IMG/VR virus record: IMGVR_UViG_3300035698_011578
Span: 1 to 64,000 of that record
Strand: one strand, 5' to 3'
DNA: 64,000 nt
Source: a virus
Each line of letters begins with the position of its first letter. The first letter of the stretch is position 1. The notes below the pieces were generated by a model, which saw nothing but the letters and a program-made list of their open reading frames with translations, made no database searches and was not told the origin of the DNA. Below are positions 20,529 to 31,818 of the stretch, one piece after another. The position numbers and the translations under genes are program-made.

Positions 20529-22853
20529 ATGAAATATATTAATAACAGAGAAAATTTTCTTAATAAACGAAAACCAATAAACGAAAACTTCGATATGTCT
20601 GGTGATGGTGGACCATTTCACAATGATATAAATTGGGGCGATTCACTAGTTGGTAGACTTATAAATTCTTTTAGAAGAAGAGCAGGTGCAGGTGTAAATA
20701 TGGTTAGAATCAAACAAGTTATTAGCCGATTAAAATCTGAATTTGATAATATAATTTATCAATCACAAACCACAGGGTTATCTGATGAAGATAAGACTAA
20801 GATAGCAAATGCTATTGTTTATGATATGATATACTCAATAAATTTCGCAATAACACAAATGAAAGTTATACCATATTCTGGATCAGAAGAAAGCGATTCT
20901 GGAGAAAAGAAAGTTACTGATATTGAAAAGAAGGAATTTCTAAAGGAAGTTGAAGATTTGACAATAAGCGTTATTAGTGAGATTAAAAGTAGATCAAAAG
21001 ATGGAATAACACCAGATAATAAAGATTCAATAATAGCAGCATTAGAAGAATTATTAGCAGAAACGAAAAGATTAAAATCATTATTGAAGACTGACGTAGC
21101 TGAACCTGAGACTAAGGAAGAAAAACCCGAAACTGTAGATAAGAAATTTGAAATGGGTAAATATTATTTATATACTAATTCAAAAAATGAAATATCTTTA
21201 TATTTTATTAAGAATATTAAACCTATTTCAAGTGGGGGTAATTCAATTACTTTCAATTCTTGGAATGGTGAAAAATGGGGGGCAGAACTTACTAATGGTA
21301 TCTTAAATCCAAAAGGAATAAATAAAGAAATAAGTGTAAAAGAAGATGGTAAATTGGATTTAGAAGGTACTAAATTTTCAGGCAGTGATATTAGTCCTAT
21401 ACTAAAGGATGGAAACGTACAGGGTCAAAAAACTCAAGGTGAGTCAGCTGGTGGTAATGATAGTAATACTACTGGTACTACTAGTGAAAATAAATTATAT
21501 AAATATTCAGATTTTATTAGAATAAATGAAGAGGTAGAGATGGTCAATGGTCATCACGATGCTACTAAACCACAAGGTGATGAAAATACAGAGAATGATT
21601 CAAAAGAAACCACAGAAGATAATAAAGAAGTAGTAACTTATGATACTCAACAAACAATTCTTAAAAAATTCTGGGTTAAGTTATGCGATGATAAACTAAC
21701 AGCACTTGTAATATCAGCAGACGAAGCTAAGAAAATAAATAGTGAAGTGACTGGTAATTCTGAAGATTCAAAATCAATTATTGTAAATGGAATAGATCCA
21801 GTTATTGAAATACTTAAATGTTTCAACCGTGCATATAAGCTACACACAACACAAGTAATACCATCGGGTAGAACAGGTGGTCAGGTATCTAACAAAACAT
21901 TCAGGGAATATACCTGCTTCGGTACTGGTAGTCCTAAGGATGCTGGTGAATCTGGTGGACCATATAGACACATTAAAGTATTTAATATCTGGGAAAATGC
22001 AGTTTTAGATATTCTGAAAAACAGAAAATACCAACCAATTTTTGATAAAAATACAAAATTACAAGTTGGTGATAAGATGAAAGAAGGTGCAGGAACTATA
22101 TTATCTAAACTAGTAAGAGATTTATTAGATGGTGAATCCTTATATAGAAGTGGTAGTAGTGGTAAACCTGGTGGTGCCCAAGAAGCATTCTTGAATAAAT
22201 ATTTTGGCGATTTAATTGATAAAGATTCTATACAACCTGAAAATCTAGCTTTTGGTCGTGATAAAGAACTCAATGCTAATAATGAAATCGCAACTAAGAT
22301 AACAAACATTGAATTAAAATTCACTAATGATGAGATAGGTAAGGGGAATGATGATGTTAAGAATACATCAGGTCTTAAAGGTACTATGTTCAGAGTTGAA
22401 AATGTATCTACTGGTAGCACAAAGGATTATGTCTATTTCTATATACAAGAGGTTAAGAACAATGAATTATATACTGTCTACACAAAGAAATTTGGAGCAT
22501 TCGCAAGGTATCTAGAAAATAATGCCACTTTAAATAATGAAAGTTGTTCTCTTGGGCCACTTAAAAAAGCTGGTATGAGTGATGTTTTCTTAACTAAAAT
22601 ACATTATAAAACAGTTGAAGAAAACTTATTTAAGAAACATGGTAGTTTAAAATTAAATGGAGTAGATGAAAAATTCAACAGTGTTGAATTACTTATTAAG
22701 GTTAATAGTAGTTGTTCTTGGTTAAGAAAAATAGAGGATGATGAGAAAAAATCAGTATTTAAGATAACAAAGTTTAATTTTAGTAAACCAAATAAGAGTG
22801 TAGGGTTCAATACTACTGATTTGGAGACAAAAGCACCAGAAACAAAAAAATAA
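20529..22853 (+). CDS. Large hypothetical late protein (774 aa), possible virion component
   Basis: Long ORF after TAATATATA, upstream of the sheath gene. Confidence 0.75.
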   Translation: MKYINNRENFLNKRKPINENFDMSGDGGPFHNDINWGDSLVGRLINSFRRRAGAGVNMVRIKQVISRLKSEFDNIIYQSQTTGLSDEDKTKIANAIVYDMIYSINFAITQMKVIPYSGSEESDSGEKKVTDIEKKEFLKEVEDLTISVISEIKSRSKDGITPDNKDSIIAALEELLAETKRLKSLLKTDVAEPETKEEKPETVDKKFEMGKYYLYTNSKNEISLYFIKNIKPISSGGNSITFNSWNGEKWGAELTNGILNPKGINKEISVKEDGKLDLEGTKFSGSDISPILKDGNVQGQKTQGESAGGNDSNTTGTTSENKLYKYSDFIRINEEVEMVNGHHDATKPQGDENTENDSKETTEDNKEVVTYDTQQTILKKFWVKLCDDKLTALVISADEAKKINSEVTGNSEDSKSIIVNGIDPVIEILKCFNRAYKLHTTQVIPSGRTGGQVSNKTFREYTCFGTGSPKDAGESGGPYRHIKVFNIWENAVLDILKNRKYQPIFDKNTKLQVGDKMKEGAGTILSKLVRDLLDGESLYRSGSSGKPGGAQEAFLNKYFGDLIDKDSIQPENLAFGRDKELNANNEIATKITNIELKFTNDEIGKGNDDVKNTSGLKGTMFRVENVSTGSTKDYVYFYIQEVKNNELYTVYTKKFGAFARYLENNATLNNESCSLGPLKKAGMSDVFLTKIHYKTVEENLFKKHGSLKLNGVDEKFNSVELLIKVNSSCSWLRKIEDDEKKSVFKITKFNFSKPNKSVGFNTTDLETKAPETKK

Positions 22854-22854
22854 T

Positions 22855-23379
22855 ATGAAGTATTTAAAAGGATATCAAATGTACATAGAATCTGATGAGT
22901 TTGAAGTAGCTGACTCTGATTCACCTGATGTTAAACTATCTAAAGATAGTTTGACTGAATTAAGAAAGAATTTATCTGATTATAAAGCTAAGAAATCATT
23001 AGTCGATAACATTTATAATGGTGATTATGTCAAAGAAGATGAGTTAGAAAAGATAATTGGTGTGGATGAAGATAAAAACCCTTTCCTATTAAGCTACGCT
23101 AATGTTGAAGCAATGAAGAGAAAAATAGAAGATTCACAGAAAAGTGGTGATAAGAAATCATTAGAACTATCTGATTTTAAAGATAGACTATCAATCGCTA
23201 CTACTGATTTGAAAGTACCATTAAGCAAAAGGGTATCTGAAATAGAAGAACAGAAGTCTAAAATTGAGTCTGATATAATAGAAGATACTAAGAAATTTAA
23301 AGAATTAGAGATAGAACACAATGAAAAGATGAAAAATGTCGAAAATGATTTAAAAGAATGGATTAAAAATATACAGTAA
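22855..23379 (+). CDS. Coiled-coil hypothetical protein
   Basis: MKYLKGYQMYIE N-terminus. Confidence 0.7.
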   Translation: MKYLKGYQMYIESDEFEVADSDSPDVKLSKDSLTELRKNLSDYKAKKSLVDNIYNGDYVKEDELEKIIGVDEDKNPFLLSYANVEAMKRKIEDSQKSGDKKSLELSDFKDRLSIATTDLKVPLSKRVSEIEEQKSKIESDIIEDTKKFKELEIEHNEKMKNVENDLKEWIKNIQ

Positions 23380-23452
23380 AAAACCGAAAAACAAGAAAAA
23401 TATGATTTTTTAGTTTTTATATATACTTTAAATAAAAAATAAATATAATAAT

Positions 23453-26400
23453 ATGGCAAATATTCAAATTGGAAAATACAAAAGACCAGGTATCTTCATA
23501 GAAGAATTTGATCAATCAGTTATTTCCTCACCAATAGTTGAAGGTATAACTAACCTTGTAATAGGAGTTTCAAAAAAAGGACCGTTCAATACACCTATTA
23601 AATTGACAACTACTAATGACCTTGAAGCGATTTTTGGTCAATTAGATAGAAATTTAGAAAGAAAGGGATCTTTCTTCCACAGAACAATTTCTAAGATGTT
23701 AGAAACATCTCCTATCTATGCAATGAACTTATTATTAACCGATGATACTTTAGATGCTATTGAGTATAAATCAATATCTTCATCATCAGGTTTTGACAAT
23801 GATGTTAAAAGAGAAGGTCCATATAGAAGATTTTTTGATACTACTGGGTTTTGGAAAAGAGATACTGAATCATTCATTAATCTTACTAAAGAAAACACTG
23901 GGTATGCAGAAAGAGCATTTAGTTTAACAAATCTAAGTGACAAACCTGTTACTACATTTGTTTTCAAATCTGCACTATCTGGGTTTGATAGAACTTTACT
24001 AGAATGGTATGGTACAATCGATAAGATGCCGCCATTTGTAAATGCAAATGATTACGCTTCCGATTATATGGTTGATGTTGTAGTTATTTCTGGTGATTGG
24101 TCTAATTATCAATCATTAGCAGTTGATCCAAGATGGAGTCAATATTTTAACGCATCTGGTTTAATAAAAGAAGAAGTTAGTAATTTTGCTAATGATAGAA
24201 ATATCAATCTTCTTACCTATTATGAAGGATTATCTTTGATTCCATATTTTAGAGACTTAAATGGTACAAATGTATTTATTGAGACTAGTTTAAATAGAGA
24301 TACAGATAAAACAGGTTTATTCTGCGCATTCAACAATGACTTAGTAGAAGTAGACTATTATAATGGTATGTTAGATCTATTGGGTAATACAATCGTAGGT
24401 GAGAATGAAACTAATATCGATTTCATTTCTTATAAAGAATTAATATCAGAACAAATCGAAATTACTGCCACACCTCTTGATTTACCGGGTAATGTAACTG
24501 CAATATTAGGTGGTAGTGCATCGTCTTATATCGACCAATCAGCTCACGCATTTGGTTCTATCCCATTAGAAGAAGGTATAGTAACAAATGGTGATAATAG
24601 AACAGCATGGTTTGGAGAAGGCTCAGTTTATGATGTTACAAGAACATCATACACAGGAACATCTGGTACTATGTCTATCGTTTATACTGCTGGTGCTAAC
24701 GCATTTGCTGTAATAGGAGACGAGAAAATAGATATAACCGCAGAAGTAGTTACATTAGAAATATTTGCAACTGATTATCCTATATTATCAACAACTGCTT
24801 CTTATTTTGCAACCGCAGTTCTTAATGATTCTGGTGAAATTGTTCTTAATACAACAATCACTGAAGATACTTACCCAACTGTTACTGCAAGTGATATTGT
24901 TTTGGGTTATGTTGAATTTGATATAGTTAGTAATGTGATTGCTTCTTCAACATACACACATTTAACTATTAATGATAGTGGGTTCATAGGACTTGTTAAT
25001 GATACTGATTATGAAGTATCAGATGAAGGTAGTGGTAAAATTAAAATTGAATTTAGTGAAACTGCAACTATACAAGATGTTAATAACTATGAACAATATA
25101 GAAAATTCAAAATGTTTAATAGATTAGTTAATTTATTAGATAGCACTAATATTGATAGAATGGCTATGAGTTTAGGTGGTAGTGATGGTTCAGACCGTGA
25201 TAAATATAGATTAGAAGATTCTAGTGTATTAAATATTGTTACTGCAACTTATGAAAATAAATCATTCGAATTACAAACTACATTAGAATCTGGTGATTTA
25301 ACTTATATAGTTGATAATGGATACTTAGTAATTTATACAATTGATGATGAAACGATATTGGGTTCAGAAGGTATGATTACAAAGAATACTGTCGCTACTG
25401 CAACACAAGGTGTAGTCGCAGAAAATTCTCTACTCTATAGTAGATTCTATGATGGTATGATTAATACAGGTGATTTCTTTTATGATAATAGATTATATAC
25501 AGACTCAACTGGTGCTACTAATGATTTATTAGGAGACACAGTAACTGTTGATTTTATCGACGGTGAGGATGCTACTGGATCACCAACTTCTTCATATGCT
25601 GGATATGATTATATCATATTTGGTAGTGATGAAGATTTTGCTAGTGAAGTTGGCTTATTATCATTAGATAAAATACTAATACCAGATTCTGTATTAAATA
25701 CAGGCACATTTACAATACAAAATGATGTAGCTACTGGGTTAGCACCTGCGGCATTAGCAGTTGCACTTGGATTTACTGGTAGTGATTATTACGCATATCA
25801 AGTTACCGAAGAAGTAGAAACAGAGACTCTATTCGGAGTTAATCTTGTGTATGATTATAATGCTAAATATTATCTTAAAATGTATTTAACTGGAACTGAT
25901 TTAGACATCGAATTTGTAGATGTATCAGTGAATGTTGAGGCTAATAATACTATATTTATACAGTCTAGAAAATCTAACTTAAAACAAAGTATTGAAATTG
26001 AAGTCCCAACAGGATATACAAGAGTACATAACAAAATTTTAGTTGATGCTACTAGATATACTGAATTAGGACCTGGTAATTTCCTTGAAGCATATGTTGA
26101 CACTGACGAATTAGAAATTGGTGAAGTTCCAAGAAAATTAACTAGAATTTTAAGCAAGAAACGTTATGCAGGTGATGCTACATTATCTGAGATAACTTGT
26201 GATTCTAGAATTAAAGTTTATAATTTTGGAGGTGATTTACAAACACTAAGATATGTTAGTATTGATAACTATGTATCTACATATAAAGCAATAACTCTTA
26301 AAGGATTTAAAGTTAGAACAAATTCATTACCAGATGGTAGCGAAGATAGACAAGATAGTATCTTAAATCTTGTTGCTAAAGGAACACCAATGTTCAAAGC

Positions 26401-27328
26401 TTTAACTAATAAAGAAGCTATCGATTTCAGATATTTAATTGACTCATTTGGGTTAGGATTAACTGAGAGATCTAAGCAACAGTTAGTAGATATTTGTGGT
26501 ACTAGATTAGACCTATTTGGTTTCATCAATATGCCATCATTAAGAGACTTTAAGAACTCAAGCTCACCTAGTTTCGTTGATTCAGAGGGTATATTACAAA
26601 CAGAATTCATCGCAGAAGGTGGTGACCCTGAGAGTAATCCAGCATTCCTTTATTCATTCGCAGACGGTGCCGGTGTTACAACTGTTGGATACTTTACTCC
26701 TTACTTAACTGTAAATGACAACGGTAGACCATTAGATATGCCACCTGCATCATATGTAGCAACTACATACATGAGAAAGCATATTTCAAATGTAACTTCG
26801 ATTACACCTTGGACTATTGCAGCTGGTGTTACAAATGGTAAAATAACAAACATTAGTGGACTTGAAATGGACTTCACATATGAAGATATTGAGAATCTAA
26901 ATCAAGCACAAATGAATCCTATTGTATATAAGAGAAATAGAGGTTATATCATTGAGACTGAGAATACTGCACAAACGCTTTATAAATCAGCATTATCATA
27001 CATTCATGTTAGAGAAGTTCTTGTTGAGTTAGAAAGAGAACTATCTAGAATGTTATTAGATTACCAATGGAAATATAATACTCCTGATATTAGAGCAGAG
27101 ATTAAACTAAGAGCAGACGTTATCTGTGAGACTTATGTAAGTAAGAATGGTTTATATAACTACTTTAACAAGATGGATGATGAGAATAATACATCAGAGA
27201 TAATCGACAACCAAATGGGTGTTTTAGACACTTATGTTGAGCCAATCAAAGGTATGGGAATCATCGTAAACAATATTACAATTCTAAGAACTGGTGCAAT
27301 CAGTGCTGGTGGATTTATAAACTCTTAA
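23453..27328 (+). CDS. Tail sheath protein (gp18-like)
   Basis: RPGIFIEEFD, GVSKKGPFNTP, PWTIAAG, MNPI, SALSYIHVRE, DDENNT..IIDN, YVEP. Confidence 0.93.
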   Translation: MANIQIGKYKRPGIFIEEFDQSVISSPIVEGITNLVIGVSKKGPFNTPIKLTTTNDLEAIFGQLDRNLERKGSFFHRTISKMLETSPIYAMNLLLTDDTLDAIEYKSISSSSGFDNDVKREGPYRRFFDTTGFWKRDTESFINLTKENTGYAERAFSLTNLSDKPVTTFVFKSALSGFDRTLLEWYGTIDKMPPFVNANDYASDYMVDVVVISGDWSNYQSLAVDPRWSQYFNASGLIKEEVSNFANDRNINLLTYYEGLSLIPYFRDLNGTNVFIETSLNRDTDKTGLFCAFNNDLVEVDYYNGMLDLLGNTIVGENETNIDFISYKELISEQIEITATPLDLPGNVTAILGGSASSYIDQSAHAFGSIPLEEGIVTNGDNRTAWFGEGSVYDVTRTSYTGTSGTMSIVYTAGANAFAVIGDEKIDITAEVVTLEIFATDYPILSTTASYFATAVLNDSGEIVLNTTITEDTYPTVTASDIVLGYVEFDIVSNVIASSTYTHLTINDSGFIGLVNDTDYEVSDEGSGKIKIEFSETATIQDVNNYEQYRKFKMFNRLVNLLDSTNIDRMAMSLGGSDGSDRDKYRLEDSSVLNIVTATYENKSFELQTTLESGDLTYIVDNGYLVIYTIDDETILGSEGMITKNTVATATQGVVAENSLLYSRFYDGMINTGDFFYDNRLYTDSTGATNDLLGDTVTVDFIDGEDATGSPTSSYAGYDYIIFGSDEDFASEVGLLSLDKILIPDSVLNTGTFTIQNDVATGLAPAALAVALGFTGSDYYAYQVTEEVETETLFGVNLVYDYNAKYYLKMYLTGTDLDIEFVDVSVNVEANNTIFIQSRKSNLKQSIEIEVPTGYTRVHNKILVDATRYTELGPGNFLEAYVDTDELEIGEVPRKLTRILSKKRYAGDATLSEITCDSRIKVYNFGGDLQTLRYVSIDNYVSTYKAITLKGFKVRTNSLPDGSEDRQDSILNLVAKGTPMFKALTNKEAIDFRYLIDSFGLGLTERSKQQLVDICGTRLDLFGFINMPSLRDFKNSSSPSFVDSEGILQTEFIAEGGDPESNPAFLYSFADGAGVTTVGYFTPYLTVNDNGRPLDMPPASYVATTYMRKHISNVTSITPWTIAAGVTNGKITNISGLEMDFTYEDIENLNQAQMNPIVYKRNRGYIIETENTAQTLYKSALSYIHVREVLVELERELSRMLLDYQWKYNTPDIRAEIKLRADVICETYVSKNGLYNYFNKMDDENNTSEIIDNQMGVLDTYVEPIKGMGIIVNNITILRTGAISAGGFINS

Positions 27329-27348
27329 TAGAGATAAATCGAAAACAT

Positions 27349-27383
27349 AAAAAAAGAGGTGAAATTAATTTCACCTCTTTTTT
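27349..27383. terminator. Bidirectional intrinsic terminator
   Basis: aaaaaagaggtgaaat-ta-atttcacctctttttt. Confidence 0.85.
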
Positions 27384-27398
27384 ATTTAAAATATATTT

Positions 27399-27823
27399 TT
27401 AAGAAATAACATCTTTAATATATTCTCTCTTTGTAATTGTCTCATCCATTAAATTTCTAGATAAATATGGCTTATCCAATTCTTTCTCAATTATATCCAT
27501 AATTTCCTGGTTAGGTAATACTAATTCTTGTGTAGGTGTTTTTTTAGTAACTCTATCTATATTTAGATAGCTTAAATAAGGAGAACCACCACCACTTGTC
27601 GTGAATTCCCTTATATCACCTAGATAGTAATAATCATCAACATTCTTTACATATACACCAAATTTCAATTGTCCAAATTGTGATGTATCATATGGTTCTT
27701 CGTCAATTAATATCTCTAATTTATACTCATATTGGTTTTTCTTCTTACCTAAAATATCTGCGAATTTTTCCCAAACTTATCAAAAAGGCCTTCATTTGTG
27801 AACTCTCTAAAATCTTTAATCAT
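27399..27823 (-). pseudogene. Frameshifted hypothetical gene
   Basis: MIKDFREFTNEGLFDKF from 27823, then WEKFADILGKKKNQYEY... in the -1 frame joins the 27399..27668 ORF. Confidence 0.6.
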
Positions 27824-27936
27824 ATACTAAATCTTTATTTTCACATATATATTAAAATTCTAAACTATTATTTTTACACGAATATAATAGGTGTAGTTAT
27901 ATATAGAATATATAATAAAAAATAACAAATTATAAT

Positions 27937-28902
27937 ATGGCAGAGAATGAAGAGAAAAAAGATGAAAACCTATCAGAAGAAGATTATTTAAAAAAACACC
28001 TACTAAAAACAGAAACATCTAATAAATCAATTAATGATACACCATTAGAAAATGTAGAACCACAAGCACAAAGTGTTAAAGTTAATGATTTACATTTTTT
28101 CCACTTTGAGATAACTGAATTACCATGTGGTCGATTTTATCCAGCAGGAACATTAATCATGGTTAGACCAGCAGAAGTAAAAGAAATTCAAGCTTATTCA
28201 ATGGTTGATGATGAGAATTTTTACGATGTCGTCGAAAAGATGAACGGTATGTTACAGTCTTGTGTTCGTATTAAATATACTGATGGTAGAATTGGTACAT
28301 ATTTAGAGATTAAGGACCAAGATAGATTATTTTTAATCTTTTTAGTTCGTGAATTAACTTTCCAAAAAGGAAACGAACTATCAGTTAAAACAGCTTGTCC
28401 TTTAGATGGTACCGAATTACAAATTGAACTTAAAAGAGAGAATTTCGTATTTCATGATATAGAAACTAAATTAGATAGATTCTATTCAAATAGTAGAAAT
28501 TCATATCATTTCAAATTGAAAAATGGAAAAGAATATGAAGTTATGCCACCTAATATTGGGTTACAGAAAGCATTTACTGATTATATTATCAAAGAGAATA
28601 ATGAGAAAAAAACACCAAATTTATCATTCTTGAAGATAATCCCATTTTTATTACCGGGTAGAACAAGTATTACATATGAGGGTATTAAATCTAAATTGGT
28701 AGAATATGAAGACCCTAATGTTATGGATGATCAATCATTCCAATTTTTAAATGACGCTATTAGTAAGATGACATTCGGAATCAAAGAGCTAAAGAAAAAT
28801 TGTGAGTGTGGTGAAGAGGTCCACACCGAAATGCAGTTTCCCAACGGATTCTCAAGTATTTTCATTGTTCCAGATGCCTTTGACGCATATATTGAAGAAT
28901 AA
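27937..28902 (+). CDS. Baseplate hub/tail assembly protein (gp26-like)
   Basis: ELPCGRFYP, VRP..VKEI, QDRLFLIFLVRELT, CxxD/CEC. Confidence 0.7.
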   Translation: MAENEEKKDENLSEEDYLKKHLLKTETSNKSINDTPLENVEPQAQSVKVNDLHFFHFEITELPCGRFYPAGTLIMVRPAEVKEIQAYSMVDDENFYDVVEKMNGMLQSCVRIKYTDGRIGTYLEIKDQDRLFLIFLVRELTFQKGNELSVKTACPLDGTELQIELKRENFVFHDIETKLDRFYSNSRNSYHFKLKNGKEYEVMPPNIGLQKAFTDYIIKENNEKKTPNLSFLKIIPFLLPGRTSITYEGIKSKLVEYEDPNVMDDQSFQFLNDAISKMTFGIKELKKNCECGEEVHTEMQFPNGFSSIFIVPDAFDAYIEE

Positions 28903-29119
28903 ATTATTATTACAAAAACACTTCAATCTACAGGAAACATCTATTGATGCTTGGCCATTTTGGATGTTTGAAGAGAATATAAATTTAGTAAATGAAATTG
29001 TAGAAGATGAAGAGAGTAATAAGAAAAAGCAAGAAGATGAGAGTTCAATGGGTAATTTTGATGCCAATTCAATGATGAAAAATGCACAAAACATGACTAA
29101 TAACTTACCAAAGTATTAA
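28874..29119 (+). CDS. Baseplate hub assembly protein (gp51-like)
   Basis: QKHFNLQETSIDAWPFWMFE, overlapping the end of the gp26-like gene. Confidence 0.6.
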   Translation: MPLTHILKNKLLLQKHFNLQETSIDAWPFWMFEENINLVNEIVEDEESNKKKQEDESSMGNFDANSMMKNAQNMTNNLPKY

Positions 29120-29125
29120 AAAAAT

Positions 29126-29196
29126 AAGAAACCTTTCAAATCTGAAAGGTTTCTTTGTATATAATAAAAAAACCTTTCAGATTTTGAAAGGTTTTT
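29126..29196. terminator. Two back-to-back related terminator hairpins between convergent genes
   Basis: aagaaacctttca..tgaaaggtttctt and aaaaacctttca..tgaaaggttttt. Confidence 0.8.
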
Positions 29197-29202
29197 AATT
29201 TT

Positions 29203-29826
29203 TTAGTATCCTGATACGATAGGAGGTTCAATTGTGAAATTCTGATCGATGTATTCATCTATGAAGTAATCATATATAAATGTTCCATCAACTTTTTCAA
29301 TAATAGAATTTGAAGACCAATCTAAATCATAACCTGCTAATGTTTTTAGCTGGCAGTTTTGGAAAGTAACTCTTCTAAGAACAACACCTTTTTTATCATG
29401 TTGGTTGACAATAATTGTTCCAATTATATCACTCTTATAATGCAAAGCACCATTCTGTGAATTGAATACTAAATCATACCAAGCTTTCATTGTTGTCCAT
29501 GTTTCCATAGAACCACTTTGATTTACATTTACCTGTAGAGGAATTGTTAATTCTCCAGATGTTGTTGTTGGAGTTGTTAAAAATTCTCTGGTTGAGTATT
29601 TAAATCTTTGTGTTACTTTATTAACATCGAAACTTGTTAGTGTACCAAGACTAATATTAGTTGCGTTCTCTAACATTAAGATTGGATCTCTTCCTTGTGC
29701 TTGTAAGATAACAGGTAGTACGAAGGTTATTTCGAATAAATTCAAATATACTACTTCGTCTGGTAAGGTTCCTGGTCCACCTGGTGACCCTACATTGCTT
29801 ATTTGTGTAAAATGTGGTAATGCCAT
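29203..29826 (-). CDS. Tail tube protein (gp19-like)
   Basis: NLFEITF, KAWYDLVFN..G..HYKSD, DLDWS, F.YDY. Confidence 0.8.
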   Translation of the reverse strand: MALPHFTQISNVGSPGGPGTLPDEVVYLNLFEITFVLPVILQAQGRDPILMLENATNISLGTLTSFDVNKVTQRFKYSTREFLTTPTTTSGELTIPLQVNVNQSGSMETWTTMKAWYDLVFNSQNGALHYKSDIIGTIIVNQHDKKGVVLRRVTFQNCQLKTLAGYDLDWSSNSIIEKVDGTFIYDYFIDEYIDQNFTIEPPIVSGY

Positions 29827-30005
29827 TTTTTATGTATTATTTTTTATAAAATATATATTAACATTTCAATTGTCTCTATATTTTTCCTATACTATATATT
29901 AGTTTTGTAAACTCATTTTTCTCTATTTTCTCTAAAACTAAAATATAAACATTACTTACCTTTTATACTATAATACTAAGTTAAACAAAAAATAGTATTA
30001 ATTAA

Positions 30006-31121
30006 ATGTCAAAAATATTTCTAATTGGTGATATACACTTATCCATAGGCTACCCTAATAAAACAGAAAAATGGTTGAAAGTTCATAGAGAATATTTCAA
30101 TGACTTTTTGATACCTATGTTAACTGAAAAGGTAGAAGAAGGTGATATGATTTTACAACTGGGTGATTTTTTTGATAACCGAAATGTTATACCGATAAAT
30201 ATATTAAACTATGCTATGGATATTATTGTTAGGATATCTGAGATAGCACCATTCCATTTAATAATCGGTAATCACGATTGTTGGTCTAGGAGTTCTGATG
30301 AAATAAATACTATCAGACCGTTTAAATATATTCCCAATGTCAATGTATATGATAAAGTAACTCAAATAAATTTTGAGGGTAAAGAATTATTGATGATGCC
30401 ATTTATTGAAAATAGATTAGAACAAATAAAACAAATCGATGATAACAACGATTGTGATTATTTATTCTGTCATTCTGACCTACAAGGCGCTAGAATGCAT
30501 TTGACTTCAATTGCTAACAAAAATTATGATAAAATTGGAATTGATGAATTTAAAGGATTCGATGGTGTATATTCTGGGCATATTCATCTTTTACAAAAGA
30601 ATAAAAACTTCACATTTGTTGGTTCTGCTTTTCAAATGGATAGAAATGATTATAATGAAAAGAAGGGAATTTTCATATTGGATGTTGAGACTGGTAAAAC
30701 CGAGTTCATTGAGAATAAAATCTCCCCAGTATTTAAGAAAGTTAGAATAGTTGAAGAGGATGATATAGAAACTTTAGAAGAGTTAAAAGATACTAAAGAT
30801 TATATTGATATATTCATATCTAATAATTTATTAGTCAGTAATAGAAAACTCAGAAGAAAGTTAGAAATTCTTTTAGAAAACGGCAACTTTGCTTCTATAG
30901 AATATATAGATGATATAACAAATGATTTAGAAGAAATTAATGAATCAGAAGTAATTGATGTGTACGATGAGGATATTGATATATCAATTCAGTTAGATTA
31001 TGAGGATTATGTGAAAGAATATATTTTAAAACAAAAATATGATAATAGTAAATTTAAAGATGGTGTTATCGATGAATATAATAATATTATTAAAATTTAT
31101 AAAGACAATTATGATGCGTGA
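30006..31121 (+). CDS. Mre11/SbcD-like recombination nuclease (gp47-like)
   Basis: GDIH, LGDFFDNR, GNHD, SGHIH, GS. Confidence 0.9.
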   Translation: MSKIFLIGDIHLSIGYPNKTEKWLKVHREYFNDFLIPMLTEKVEEGDMILQLGDFFDNRNVIPINILNYAMDIIVRISEIAPFHLIIGNHDCWSRSSDEINTIRPFKYIPNVNVYDKVTQINFEGKELLMMPFIENRLEQIKQIDDNNDCDYLFCHSDLQGARMHLTSIANKNYDKIGIDEFKGFDGVYSGHIHLLQKNKNFTFVGSAFQMDRNDYNEKKGIFILDVETGKTEFIENKISPVFKKVRIVEEDDIETLEELKDTKDYIDIFISNNLLVSNRKLRRKLEILLENGNFASIEYIDDITNDLEEINESEVIDVYDEDIDISIQLDYEDYVKEYILKQKYDNSKFKDGVIDEYNNIIKIYKDNYDA

Positions 31122-31332
31122 AGAAATTAACCCAAATGAGGTATTTTCTAGAATTTCAAAAGGAAAACCATATGGTAAGAATTTAAAACCTTATACTAAA
31201 AATGTTTTAGTGTCAGTAGTTCAACTCCTCGAAGATATTGATGAGTTCGAAAAATGTATTGAGTTAAATAAATTTATTGATGACAGATTCACACATGAGT
31301 GGTGTTATTTAATTGATAATATAGAACGATAG
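31111..31332 (+). CDS. Hypothetical protein
   Basis: Coupled start MMREEIN; EFEKC motif. Confidence 0.6.
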   Translation: MMREEINPNEVFSRISKGKPYGKNLKPYTKNVLVSVVQLLEDIDEFEKCIELNKFIDDRFTHEWCYLIDNIER

Positions 31333-31815
31333 GCTCATATAACCATCATCATCAATTCCTAATTCACATCTTCTGAAGTTAGTAAAGGAGTGAAATCTAG
31401 GTATAATATATTCTTCTATATCTTTTATTATCTTTGAATATTTACTATGTGATTCTATTATACGATCAATATATTTTTTGGATTTTTCTAGAGATTTTAT
31501 TCTCTCACTTACCATATCATAAATATATGAATTATCATCTTCAGACCCAGTAAAGACATTAGGAGAATCCACATCACCTAGTACCCCACGTAAATAATTC
31601 ATTGATAAATCTAATTGTTCGTCATCTATATTTTCAAACATATTAGTTAAATAAAATGTACATTCATATATGTAATAATCACCGTGATCTATGAAATCAT
31701 ATTGGTAACATTGATCCGTTATTTCAAACATAACTGTTTTAAATTCATCGAAATCACAGTCATTGACAGGTAATGTCGATTCATATAATTTATTATATAA
31801 CTTTAAATGCCTCAT
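31309..31815 (-). CDS. Hypothetical protein, paralogue of 31819..32349
   Basis: Shared CDFDEFKTVMFEITDQC and SKIIKDIEEYIIPRF. Confidence 0.75.
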   Translation of the reverse strand: MRHLKLYNKLYESTLPVNDCDFDEFKTVMFEITDQCYQYDFIDHGDYYIYECTFYLTNMFENIDDEQLDLSMNYLRGVLGDVDSPNVFTGSEDDNSYIYDMVSERIKSLEKSKKYIDRIIESHSKYSKIIKDIEEYIIPRFHSFTNFRRCELGIDDDGYMSLSFYIIN

Positions 31816-31818
31816 TTT

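Noticed and set aside
27760-27785. Programmed -1 frameshift at TTTGGGAAAAA
   Set aside because: The GGGAAAA heptamer is not in X-XXY-YYZ register with the upstream frame; a 1-nt deletion is simpler.
27680-27925. 81-aa plus-strand ORF and similar short antisense ORFs in the track
   Set aside because: Antisense shadows of real genes or promoter regions, with implausible composition.
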